Shown: positions 8,641-17,836, counted from the stretch's first letter. The stretch is DNA of 64,000 nt from Gammaproteobacteria bacterium (GCA_029861845.1 JAOTYM010000001.1:16137-80136), one strand, 5' to 3'. Notes: generated by a model not told the origin, from the letters alone. Translations and numbers: made by a program.

Positions 8641-9996
8641 TAACTCAGGCCCGACCGTACAAACACCGTCAGAATTACCCTCGCCTTAATGGCGGCTCTC
8701 GCCCGCGCAGCGGTCGGTCGAGTGCTACGATGACAACAGGCGGAAATCGACCCGCTGCTGCCATTCGAGCCTCGGCAACCTGAGTGTCCGGTATTCAGCC
8801 CTAGTGCGGTCATTTCAAACAGTTACGCTATTCATAAAAAAGCGAAACACTTAGCGGTTGATCTAAGGCTCGTAAGACAGTTGCGCTTCTTCTAATTGCG
8901 AAAACGTCTGACTACAACTATTCAAATCTCGGGTTGGTCCGTCCAGCCTTGCACGCCGACCGGCTGCTCCTTAGCCCGAGCGCCACCGCAGGGTGAACTA
9001 CCGAGCCTGACGGAATAAGGTTTACACCCTCTCGCGCCCATCCTCCGCCCGGCTCACCAGCGCAGACGAAAACGCCCGTCATCGCGCTGATTTCGGAGGT
9101 GCCCATCGCCGTGGCAAGGAAACTCGGGCGTGCACAGCATCCGAGGACAGCGATCACCGCTAATTACATGGGTCCGAATCACGGCAATGGGACACTCGTT
9201 TTCACAAAAGAGGGGGTTATCCTTGCCTACACTCCGCTAGAGCACGGTCTGGGTATCTTCCCGGCAGGCCATCTATTGTTGCGAGGCGCATCCTTTACGG
9301 GCACGAGGCAGGAAACTGTGGATACTGCGAAAGATTAACCGAAGAGCGGTTGAGCCTGTCCCGCACTCTACCCTTTAACCCCCCTTCGTTGTCTCAAAAA
9401 AAGGGCGCCCGGATCGACGTCCAGGGGCCCCGAGACGCAGTGCTCTTCCGCTGGGTCAACCAACCCGGCGGCGGCGCTATCTACGGCAGGTTTTGCTGCG
9501 CGTGGGCGCCGATGTCGTTCGCCTGCTCGATCGTGCCGCCGAAGACCACGATGCCCGGCATTGCGGTCCCCGGGTGGTCGTAACGCACCTTGTGCTGGAA
9601 CTCCCACGGGCTCGCTCATGCAGGGTAACACGACGACCGTGGGCGTATGTCGGGGTCGGCCACCCTGGGTAACCGAGGTCGCTCGCCGGCCGCGACGCAT
9701 TTGGCCTAAGGCTCACGAGCGCGGACGGCGATACCGGCGGTCGTCGCGGTCATCGTCAGCTCTGAATGGCCGATCGGATATGGGGGTTCAGGAGTCTTTA
9801 TAGGCTTTAGGGGCCTTTATATTCGAACAAGCACAGTAGGATCCCCAAGGCGCGTGCCGTGTAAAACGCGCGCGAGATCCAACGCTACCCTGACTATTCG
9901 CAAAGAATCGACGGAGGGGTCCTTCCCTCCGCCGTCGGTTACGCGCGCCTAGCGCTCAGCCATGACGCCAGCAGTTCCACCTAGTCGTTGTCGTCG

Positions 9997-10761
9997 TTAC
10001 GGTTTGGATCCCTTGCAGTCGCGGTCGCTCATGTCGTACCTGCCGTCGCCGTCGTTGTCCAGCCCCTTAGGGCCACCGGCGTAGTCTTCGTCGCGGCGCT
10101 GGTTGCAGGGGTCGGTCGGCTTGTTAACGAAGACATCATTCGGCGCGGCATAGTAGGATGGTGAGACGTCCTCCCCCACGGGGGTGTAGTTGGCCGGGTT
10201 CGCATCCCGATGACAGGTCTTACATTCCGTTACGCCGGCATTCGTGTGGTGCTGCCGCAGTCCTGCGCCGAGCCCTCTAGATATGGAGTCGTTACCCGCG
10301 TCTTCATTGCGCCCGTGGCACCCCCCGCAGGAGATCGCCTCCAAACCTTCACCTCCCGTGGACGAACCCAGGAATACCGGATAAAACGGGGGCCTTGTGT
10401 GACAGACGCTGCATCTGCTGCGACCAATCTTGTCCAACATGATGTGTCGATGGATGTCGTGGAGACCAACTTCCTCTTCGGGCACAGGGGGGTCCGCCTC
10501 TACCTCTTGGTACATCTCCCTCCAGGGCTTGTCATCGGCGGGCGAGATGTACTCGTCCTGCAAAAAAGGAGTGCCATTAGTCTCGTCAGTAGCCCGAAAG
10601 TGCCCGTGACAGGTTTTACAATTTCCGACGGCCTCCTCCGCGCCGTCGGGGTTTATGACTTTATCTGCCGAATACGTCGGGTAGGCCTCGGCCGGCGGAG
10701 CCAAGATGGTCATGGCCGCCAGGGCAATGCAACAGGAAAAAAATGTAGCGGTTGTTTTCAT
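9997..10761 (-). CDS. Secreted tetraheme c-type cytochrome
   Basis: 254-aa ORF with a signal peptide ('ALAAMTILAPPAEA'). Four CxxCH motifs (CKTCH, CSVCH, CGGCH, CKTCH). C-terminal 'DNDGDGRYD' is an acidic Ca-binding-like motif. Confidence 0.8.
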   Translation of the reverse strand: MKTTATFFSCCIALAAMTILAPPAEAYPTYSADKVINPDGAEEAVGNCKTCHGHFRATDETNGTPFLQDEYISPADDKPWREMYQEVEADPPVPEEEVGLHDIHRHIMLDKIGRSRCSVCHTRPPFYPVFLGSSTGGEGLEAISCGGCHGRNEDAGNDSISRGLGAGLRQHHTNAGVTECKTCHRDANPANYTPVGEDVSPSYYAAPNDVFVNKPTDPCNQRRDEDYAGGPKGLDNDGDGRYDMSDRDCKGSKP

Positions 10762-11683
10762 GGCTATGTCTCCTCTCTCAAAGTACGGATAGCGTGGAAC
10801 GCGTACGCACTAGATGTTGTGCCAAAGGGCTTGGCAACCTTTCGAGAAGTATTGCGGTGTCTTATTAAACTATGATCGTCGTCCTCCGCTTCTTTTGCGA
10901 TTCCGACCGAAATCCGGGCCAGAATGCGGTGGTGGAATGGCGCCACCGCCCTCGTAGAGGCGCCCATTACTTCAGGCTCTCTGAATACTCTTCCCGCAGC
11001 ACGCTGTCATTGATTTACAGCAATTATCAAAAAAAATTGCGAATGACTTAATACTGATCGAAGGTACTGCTCGAGGCAATGACTTGAGCCGGAGGCGACG
11101 GCTCACATCCGAACGGAGTGCTGAGTCGTTTGTATTTCGGTTGTCCCAGGATCGAAACATTTTGATGCTGTAGATAGTCATTCAGAAGATTGTAAGAGCG
11201 AAACTACCTTCGACATGGTGGATGTCCGGATAAGAATCTAAACCAGTCCTTCAGACGCAATAGATCCGACATGGCTGAATGACGGGTCATGGCCGACTGC
11301 CGCCTCTACCAACCAGCGAATCAGCGTTGTTTGAGCGGCTGCTTCCTGCTGCGAAGCGGCCCTGGATGTTAGCCAACACCAACAGGCAGCTGGCGACCCT
11401 GAGGAGCCATTCCCATCGTCCTTACTAGGCTCGAAGAATATGAAGAAGCAGACGTTCGAGAAGATAATTTCTCAGTCGGCGAATACCGACAATTGACATG
11501 CGTTGGCCAGATGAATACCGACGTCGCCGCGGGCGCGGGAGTAGGCCAGCGGGATAGGTGTCGCACATGGTTGTGGCTACATTGCACCGTGGCCTGCAAA
11601 CCCTGACGAAGAGGCGCTACGTAGCGAGCAGGGGGCTTCGCCCCCTACACCCCCACAAAGGGTAAAAGGACAAGAACAAGCGG

Positions 11684-13051
11684 TCACAGGTCCTGGGCAA
11701 GACGAAAACCCACGCCGGTGGTCCCGCCCTCCGCGTTGGACATTTGGCGGTTCGCCGAACGAATGTGATCCGGTATGTCGACCCAGGAGCCGCCCCGGAT
11801 TACACGCTGGTCACAATCACCACCGTCTTCCCCTAGCCAGGCGCGGCCGTCATCCGGCGCGTTCTTGTAGTCCGCGTGCCAACAGTCTTCCACCCACTCC
11901 GACACATTGCCATGCACCTCGTGCAAGCCCCAAGGGTTCTCAGGCAGGCTACCAACCGGCACGGTCTGTTTCCGGTATTGCCCCCTGGGACTGCCCGCGT
12001 AGGAAAGGGTCGCGGCGTAGTTCACCTGCTTGTCGGTGATGAGGCCCTCGAAGCTGAACGGACCTTTCGTACCAGCTCGCGCCGCGAACTCCCATTCCGC
12101 TTCGCTCGGCAAGCGATAGCGCTTGCCCGTCTGTTCCGACAACCACGCGCAATAGGCTTGGGCATCGTCCCAGGACACGTCGATGACCGGTCGGTTGCCG
12201 CGACCCCAACCCGCGTCCGCCGGCGCCTCGCGCTCCGTCGCCTCGACAAACCGGTCGTACTCTTCGAAGGTCACCGCGTACTTCCCGATGGCAAACGGGT
12301 ACGCAAATACGACCTCGTGTTGCGGAATCTCGTTCCAGTTGCGGCATAGTTCATCTTCAGGTGAGCCCATCGTGAACTTGCCGGCGGGAATCACCACCAT
12401 CTCGGGCCCAAAGAAACCGTCCTTGAGTGTGTCGCGGAATACGGTGCCCGGGGGCGGCGCTTGCTCTGCGACCTCGTCTGCCTCCACAGCTTTAACCTGG
12501 ATGCCTAGGTTCTTCTCAATCCCCCTTATGAGTCGCCCCACATCTGAATCAAACGTAGGCTTCGGACGAATCGGCGTGCCGTTACGAAGTGCAAGTTCCC
12601 TCAAAGACTTAGGTAACTTATTCGCTGGGGGTATTGCGGCATTGCCCACAAGCAAGGGTATAACGGGAATTTCTCGCTTCAGCGCCGACTCTATTTCGAG
12701 ACGGACAAAATCTCCAGGCTGCTGAAGTCGCGGACGGTCACCATCATCGGTCACACTCAGCCATTTTTCACCAATAACCGCCAGAAAGATGTCACATTTG
12801 CCCACTTGTTCATCAATGTAGTCTTTGAAATTCACACCCAGCGGTATCGAGTCGATATCCGTGAAGATGGCGTCTGAACCAAAATGTCTAGCGAGTCGAT
12901 CTTGGATGAGGTCGACGGCCCACTCGCTGTCCTCGCGGCGATAGGAAATGAATATACCGTTCACTGGCTCTCTTAACCGATTGTTCGGGATGTTGTGAAC
13001 ACTTCGATAGTGAACTCTATCATTTCTCCCGCTGAGCAAGATAACCCCCAC
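11684..13051 (-). CDS. TIR domain - FGE-sulfatase (SUMF1/FGS) domain fusion protein
   Basis: 455-aa ORF. The N-terminal half has the TIR_2 pattern 'IFISYRREDSEWA...CDIFLAVIGEKWL...VRLEIESALKREIPVIPLLV'. The C-terminal half has FGE-sulfatase hallmarks 'GKFTMGSP...LPSEAEWEFAARAG...HGNVSEWVEDCW...RVIRGGSW...GFRLAQD'. Confidence 0.8.
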   Translation of the reverse strand: MGVILLSGRNDRVHYRSVHNIPNNRLREPVNGIFISYRREDSEWAVDLIQDRLARHFGSDAIFTDIDSIPLGVNFKDYIDEQVGKCDIFLAVIGEKWLSVTDDGDRPRLQQPGDFVRLEIESALKREIPVIPLLVGNAAIPPANKLPKSLRELALRNGTPIRPKPTFDSDVGRLIRGIEKNLGIQVKAVEADEVAEQAPPPGTVFRDTLKDGFFGPEMVVIPAGKFTMGSPEDELCRNWNEIPQHEVVFAYPFAIGKYAVTFEEYDRFVEATEREAPADAGWGRGNRPVIDVSWDDAQAYCAWLSEQTGKRYRLPSEAEWEFAARAGTKGPFSFEGLITDKQVNYAATLSYAGSPRGQYRKQTVPVGSLPENPWGLHEVHGNVSEWVEDCWHADYKNAPDDGRAWLGEDGGDCDQRVIRGGSWVDIPDHIRSANRQMSNAEGGTTGVGFRLAQDL

Positions 13052-13290
13052 TGTAATGTGTTGATTTTCTGGCCCGCTGTCAGCGAGCTACGGAATGACC
13101 GGTCTTGGGAGCTACAACTGGTACCACGACCGGTCGGTTTTGGCCGTTCTCTGCCTACCACGATGTCGATTTCATAGTCGATTGACTGGCTGCTCCAACC
13201 CTGAGAGCTGCTGGTCAAGTGATAGAATTTCGACCGGCGGAGAACGACCCGAAGCTGCCTTAATGAATAGAACGTAGGGGAAGAAGAACC

Positions 13291-13848
13291 ATGACCACCA
13301 TAACGAGTCGGCTTCCATCAGAGTCAGACGAGCTCTGGAAAATACGCGAATTGGAAGCGCAGAATTTGCTGGCGCTCCAAAACCGGTTGATGGTGGAAGA
13401 AAGAGACATGATTGGATGGCTCTGCACCGTTCATAGGAACAAAGTTGATTACCCAAACGCAAAGCCGGAGGACGTCAAAAGAATCCAGGAGCAACTGAAT
13501 AAGGCGAGCAATTTGATCTCACTCACGTACATCTGGGCGCTGCTCGATGAAGGTGGATTCGATGAACACTGCAAGTGGGTTTCAGCCGAAGAAAGGCTTG
13601 AGCTGAAGGCATGGAAACACGTCAGACATACGGGAGCGCACGCGCCTGGAAGTAGGGCGAAGCGTTATTCTAAAGAATTCGAGGATTTCATGACGAATAG
13701 AAACGGTCCGTCGGGGCTGAAACAGAATTGTCAGTGGACAAAATCGTCAATCGACTTGAAAGACGGTATGAATATGCAGTTTTTCCTATGGGTTCAGGAG
13801 ATGGTTAAGAAAGCACTCGGCCACTGTGCAAATGGAAATGTACCATAA
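13291..13848 (+). CDS. Small helical protein with Rx4H motif (possible HEPN-like RNase)
   Basis: 185-aa ORF divergent from the TIR gene. Composition looks all-alpha. 'WKHVRHTGAHAPG' fits the HEPN R-x4-H (R[N]xxAH-like) signature. The call rests on the motif only. Confidence 0.35.
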   Translation: MTTITSRLPSESDELWKIRELEAQNLLALQNRLMVEERDMIGWLCTVHRNKVDYPNAKPEDVKRIQEQLNKASNLISLTYIWALLDEGGFDEHCKWVSAEERLELKAWKHVRHTGAHAPGSRAKRYSKEFEDFMTNRNGPSGLKQNCQWTKSSIDLKDGMNMQFFLWVQEMVKKALGHCANGNVP

Positions 13849-13968
13849 GAGAAATACACGAGAGTGTGATGCCGCTAGCGGCGAAAGCAGCCTATCGAGC
13901 TCGATCTGATCGGACAGGGTGTGTACGGTCAGATCTGAGTTCTCACCACTAGCAACAATTAGTATCGG

Positions 13969-15063
13969 CTAGTTGTTTCCTCCACCCTTAGCCTTAATCA
14001 CCACGACATCATGGCCCTCTATAGGCGTGCCGTCCAACAGCACTCCGATCAGCGTAAGAACGCGTACCTCACCGTCTTCTACATCACCAAGCGCCTGGAT
14101 CAACTCTTGGCTGTCGAATTTCAGCGTCAGGTCATCGAATCCATCCGGGCCGAAATCATTGCAGTCAAGCGCATCAACGAGGCCATTGGTGGGGGTGAAC
14201 GGTGTGGCTACATCCTCGATTGCAGAGCGAATGGCAGCTACGCCTTCAAGGCGCAAAGAGGCAATATCAATCTGGGTGACGTCAAGATCTGCCGTACCGA
14301 GGACGGCTACAGGGGTTACCCCTTTGCTCTTGGTGTTGAGCGGATTGGGACAGTTTTGGGGTTTGATGTCGAGCGCAACGGGTTCAAACACGGACAAAGG
14401 AATTGTTCCGGTGTAAAACTCACCGAAGTATTCGTCGTCTATGCCGCCCTCAATTTCACGGATTTCTGCGCGGTCGAAAGCCGTATCACTCCAAACGCCG
14501 ACAAACGAGATTACATCATCCGGTGCGTTGAACGTAAACGTGTCCACAGGTGTCGCGCCATCTATTAGCGTTACCATAAACGTGGAATCAACACCGAAGG
14601 GGCGGCCTTGGTTGCCATAGGGGACCGGCATCGTCACATCGGGCTCGGCGAAATCAAAGCCCATAGAAAAAACCGGGCTAGCGAAAGCCACGTCTATGTT
14701 TTCCCTCTGGTTGATGGCGATGTCATTTCCCGGCAGCGGGGCATACCAATCGCCTGTAGGGACCTGAGGTACACCGACTGCACCGATGAAGAAGCCCGAG
14801 GTTCTGTTGATGAACGTGGCACTTCCAACGGTTCGATTAGTGCTGACGCCCCCGACGTTAGGTAACGGACCTGTGGCACTGCTTGCACCTGTTGCTGCAA
14901 GGAACGCCGCCTTGTCATCAAAAGTGAGGAGCGTTGCCTGTGCTTGGATTCCAAAGCTGACTAAGGCGGTCACCGCCGCTAAAAGCACAGCCCCTGTTAC
15001 CGTGTAAGCATGTCGATGATTTGTGCCGAGTCCGTTCGGGCACTGAGATTGTTGTTTACTCAT
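13969..15063 (-). CDS. Secreted hypothetical protein
   Basis: 364-aa ORF with an N-terminal signal/anchor ('AVLLAAVTALVSFGIQAQA'). The acidic C-terminal region 'IKPQNCPNPLNTKSKGVTPVAVLGTADLDVTQIDIASLRL' is a recurring module in secreted bacterial proteins. Confidence 0.55.
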   Translation of the reverse strand: MSKQQSQCPNGLGTNHRHAYTVTGAVLLAAVTALVSFGIQAQATLLTFDDKAAFLAATGASSATGPLPNVGGVSTNRTVGSATFINRTSGFFIGAVGVPQVPTGDWYAPLPGNDIAINQRENIDVAFASPVFSMGFDFAEPDVTMPVPYGNQGRPFGVDSTFMVTLIDGATPVDTFTFNAPDDVISFVGVWSDTAFDRAEIREIEGGIDDEYFGEFYTGTIPLSVFEPVALDIKPQNCPNPLNTKSKGVTPVAVLGTADLDVTQIDIASLRLEGVAAIRSAIEDVATPFTPTNGLVDALDCNDFGPDGFDDLTLKFDSQELIQALGDVEDGEVRVLTLIGVLLDGTPIEGHDVVVIKAKGGGNN

Positions 15064-15080
15064 GTTGCCCTCCGATAGGC

Positions 15081-15120
15081 CAGATTGGTCCAGGTAGGTC
15101 CAGGTAGGTCCAGGTAGGTA
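15081..15120. repeat. Four tandem 10-bp repeats (caggtaggtc x3 plus degenerate cagattggtc)
   Basis: Read directly: 'cagattggtc caggtaggtc caggtaggtc caggtaggta'. Begins 18 nt upstream of the start codon of the 13969..15063 gene, in a divergent intergenic region. Confidence 0.9.
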
Positions 15121-15300
15121 TGTAGAGCTGTCAATACACCACTACTGGCAGGCCGCGACTTTGATATGAATCAAGGGAAAAGATCCTTTGGGCGGTATGT
15201 ATCGAATTACAGGCGCTTTTTGGGCGACGACATCACCCCGGAGCGGAGATTTACTACAATTGAGATGTTCAATATTCGTCAGCCGTATAAACGAGGAACA

Positions 15301-15936
15301 ATGGAAAGCATCAACAATGAAATTCTGAATCCTTGGGTATCAATGTGGACTAAGCCACGTGCCACTATTCAGCAAATAGTTGACACGAATCCAGAACGTT
15401 TAGTTTTGGTATTGGCAGCTATTGCTGGTTTCTCCCAGGCGTTAGATCGCGCCAGTATGAACAGTAACGGAGATACATTGGAATGGCCCACAATTTTCCT
15501 TATCGCCGCGATCGCTGGGCCGATTAGCGGGTTAATTACTTTATACATAGGTAGTGCGCTAATTCGCTGGACAGGACACTGGATGAGCGGGAATGCTTCA
15601 TCGCAGAATATACGGGCCGCAATGGCGTGGTCCAGCGTGCCGATAATTTGGGCGCTGATACTCTGGATTCCCGCGCTTATTCTATTCGGCCAAGAGTTAT
15701 TCACAACAGAGCCCCCAATTATTGATGCAACCCCTTCTTTGATTCTTATCTTTTTGGGATTTGCTGCGATTGAAATAACAATTGGAATTTGGGTAATTGT
15801 GGTATTCCTGAAATGCTTAGGGCAAGTTCAAGGTTTTTCTGCATGGAAAGCTCTTGGCAATGTATTTCTGGCCGGGCTAGTCGTCATCATTCCGATTGTA
15901 ATTATCGTTCTTGGCATAGCTGGTTTGACGCGATGA
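15301..15936 (+). CDS. Yip1-domain integral membrane protein
   Basis: The long ORF starts at 15166, but the ATG at 15301 has an RBS-like 'acgagga' and gives 'MESINNEILNPWVSMWTKPRATIQQIV' followed by five hydrophobic helices. That layout is typical of the Yip1/DUF1282 family. Confidence 0.6.
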   Translation: MESINNEILNPWVSMWTKPRATIQQIVDTNPERLVLVLAAIAGFSQALDRASMNSNGDTLEWPTIFLIAAIAGPISGLITLYIGSALIRWTGHWMSGNASSQNIRAAMAWSSVPIIWALILWIPALILFGQELFTTEPPIIDATPSLILIFLGFAAIEITIGIWVIVVFLKCLGQVQGFSAWKALGNVFLAGLVVIIPIVIIVLGIAGLTR

Positions 15937-15989
15937 CAAGAGATGTTATGCAGCGGCACTACGTCACTTATGGTTTCGCCACTGCCTGT

Positions 15990-16283
15990 GCCATCGGACT
16001 CTCCTACAATGCGGCCATAGCGATCCCGCTTTTCGTACTCAATCGTGACTTGTTTCCCCGTGACTATCGAAGCTAAGTGCTTACGAGAAGCCAGTCCATA
16101 CGCCTGCTTTCGTTCGGGCGCATCGATCCCGGCTAAACGAATCTTGTGCTGCTTGTAGTTGGCATCGAGGACGTAGAGGGTATCGCCGTCCGTAATCTTG
16201 ACAACCTTGCCGGTGAGGGTGTTGGCAAAGGCTGCTAGGGAGAGAAATAAGAGGAAGAAAAGCACAATTACACGGGCAATCAT
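15990..16283 (-). pseudogene. 3'-truncated thermonuclease (SNase) family gene
   Basis: Signal peptide plus 'LTGKVVKITDGDTLYVLDANYKQHKIRLAGIDAPERKQAYG...DRYGRIVGE' matches the SNase fold. The translation then loses all similarity, and the ORF runs 109 nt into the converging Yip1 gene. Confidence 0.6.
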
Positions 16284-16604
16284 TGCTTTATATCCCTAGA
16301 ATCATAGATTTGAATGCTTCACCAATGACATTGTAGTGCGTTAACGCTTGCTATTTCATAGCGACCGTGGTTTGCTGGGGTTGGCAGGTGCTGGACGATT
16401 AGCGCTCCTGGAAGAACCAACCCCCAAAGATTCACCTGCCGGGTAGAGCTTGCCGCTTTCTGAGGGGTCTTGCCCTCCGTCTCCCATACATACGGCTCCG
16501 TAACTCCACGGAATGTCGTCTTGGCGGGTGAGAGACAACCGAATGAGAAACAACCGAACTAAGCTAATGTCAGCCGTGTTGACCTTAATTTTCGCACAGT
16601 TGGT

Positions 16605-17000
16605 GTGATGACTGGCGCGTTAGTGCTGTTGATTGTCGTTATCGCTATCGCTGTTGCGGCGTGGCTAGGGCGGCGTCGCGCCAAAGCGCAGCGCCAGTTC
16701 CTCATTAAATTGGATCGTTTTTCTAGTAGATATCACAGCGTGCCGATAGGGTATTACCTGTATCACCACGGCAATGCCTGCGAAGCGGTCAAGAAGCTTG
16801 AGGGGAAAAGGTTCCTCTCGAAAGAGGCACCACATTTGCCACTGCCTGGTTGTGGAGCTGCACACTGTCACTGCCGATATGTTCACTTCAAAGATGGGCG
16901 GGAAGATGACCGCCGCCGCTCATACAAATCGCCACTCTTTGCCAGTACGGACCGTCGGGCCACAACTGGGCGGCGGCAGTTGCATAGTGACATGCTGTGA
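16605..17000 (+). CDS. Small membrane-anchored Cys/His/Arg-rich hypothetical protein
   Basis: 131-aa ORF. N-terminal TM helix, then 'LPGCGAAHCHCRYVHFKDGREDDRRRS'. No family recognised. Confidence 0.4.
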   Translation: MMTGALVLLIVVIAIAVAAWLGRRRAKAQRQFLIKLDRFSSRYHSVPIGYYLYHHGNACEAVKKLEGKRFLSKEAPHLPLPGCGAAHCHCRYVHFKDGREDDRRRSYKSPLFASTDRRATTGRRQLHSDML

Positions 17001-17244
17001 TACATGAGCCTTACGACGGGTGATGGATTTGCGGACGACTTAGTTTGCACTCAAGCCTGCCCGAATTGCACAACCACTAACGATAATCCCTCACCACCCG
17101 CCAGTTTGTTGTCCTTTCGCTCTATGAGGGGTCTTGCCCTCCGTTTCCGATAACTAGTTGTTGATCGTCAACCCTTCGTGCGATTGGGGAGGCTATGACA
17201 CCTCGACGCTACGACATGGGGGCATTCGATAAAGGAGGGTAACT

Positions 17245-17538
17245 ATGTACGCAAGTATACGTCGATACAAAGTCGATTCCGGTACGGAAGCTGAGATAGC
17301 GCGGCGAGCAAATGAGGGCTTTGTCCCAATTATCAGCAAAGCGTCAGGATTTGTCGCCTATTACATCGTCAACGCGGGAAACGGCATCGTGGCTTCGGTC
17401 AGTATTTTTCAAGATCAAGCCGGGGCAGACGAATCCACCGCAATGGCGGCAGCGTGGGTAAAAGAGAGCTTGGCCTCGCTTCTCCCAAACCCACCAGAGA
17501 TAACCGCCGGGGAGGTAACGACATATAAAACAGCCTAG
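17245..17538 (+). CDS. ABM/Dabb-like (dimeric alpha-beta barrel) small protein
   Basis: 97-aa ORF with RBS 'aaaggaggg'. 'MYASIRRYKV...GFVAYYIV...VASVSIFQDQAGADES' fits the ferredoxin-like ABM pattern. Confidence 0.55.
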   Translation: MYASIRRYKVDSGTEAEIARRANEGFVPIISKASGFVAYYIVNAGNGIVASVSIFQDQAGADESTAMAAAWVKESLASLLPNPPEITAGEVTTYKTA

Positions 17539-17590
17539 AAGGCTAGCACCAATGAAGACAACTATTGGCCTCAGTGTCGATGTTCATGAT

Positions 17591-17620
17591 AGGCGCGCCC
17601 CGTGCGCGCCTTTTTCTTTT
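17591..17620 (+). terminator. Rho-independent terminator after the ABM-like gene
   Basis: GC stem 'ggcgcgc'/'gcgcgcc' with loop 'cccgt', followed by 'tttttctttt'. Confidence 0.75.
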
Positions 17621-17679
17621 CAGCGCGGATCGCTACCGTGGTCACACCACTAGGAAGACAGGAGGCCCGCCATGCCCTT

Positions 17680-17836
17680 CTATCCCGGCCAAACGGATCT
17701 TGTGTTGCTGGTAGTTGTTATCGAGGACATAGAGGGTATCGCCATCCGCAATCTTGACGACCTTGCCGGTGAGGGTATCGGCCAAGGCTGGTATGAGGAG
17801 AAATACCAAGAAAAGCGTAATTACACGGACTGCCAT
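17680..17836 (-). pseudogene. 5' fragment (~52 codons) of a second thermonuclease paralogue
   Basis: 'MAVRVITLFLVFLLIPALADTLTGKVVKIADGDTLYVLDNNYQQHKIRLAGI' is collinear with the 16283 copy (~80% nt identity by eye). Similarity stops abruptly at the catalytic 'AGID' position. Confidence 0.65.

Noticed and set aside
11630-11646. A terminator for the TIR gene (hairpin 'agggggc-ttc-gccccct')
   Set aside because: A perfect 7-bp GC stem lies 38 nt past the stop codon, but there is no U-tract on either strand. I cannot support a terminator call from sequence alone.
11684-11900. A diversity-generating retroelement targeting the FGE-sulfatase (C-type lectin fold) C-terminus of the TIR fusion
   Set aside because: No reverse transcriptase ORF exists anywhere in the window. 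I could find no template-repeat copy of the 3' end of the gene nearby. The C-terminal codons are not Asn/AAC-rich as in typical DGR variable regions.
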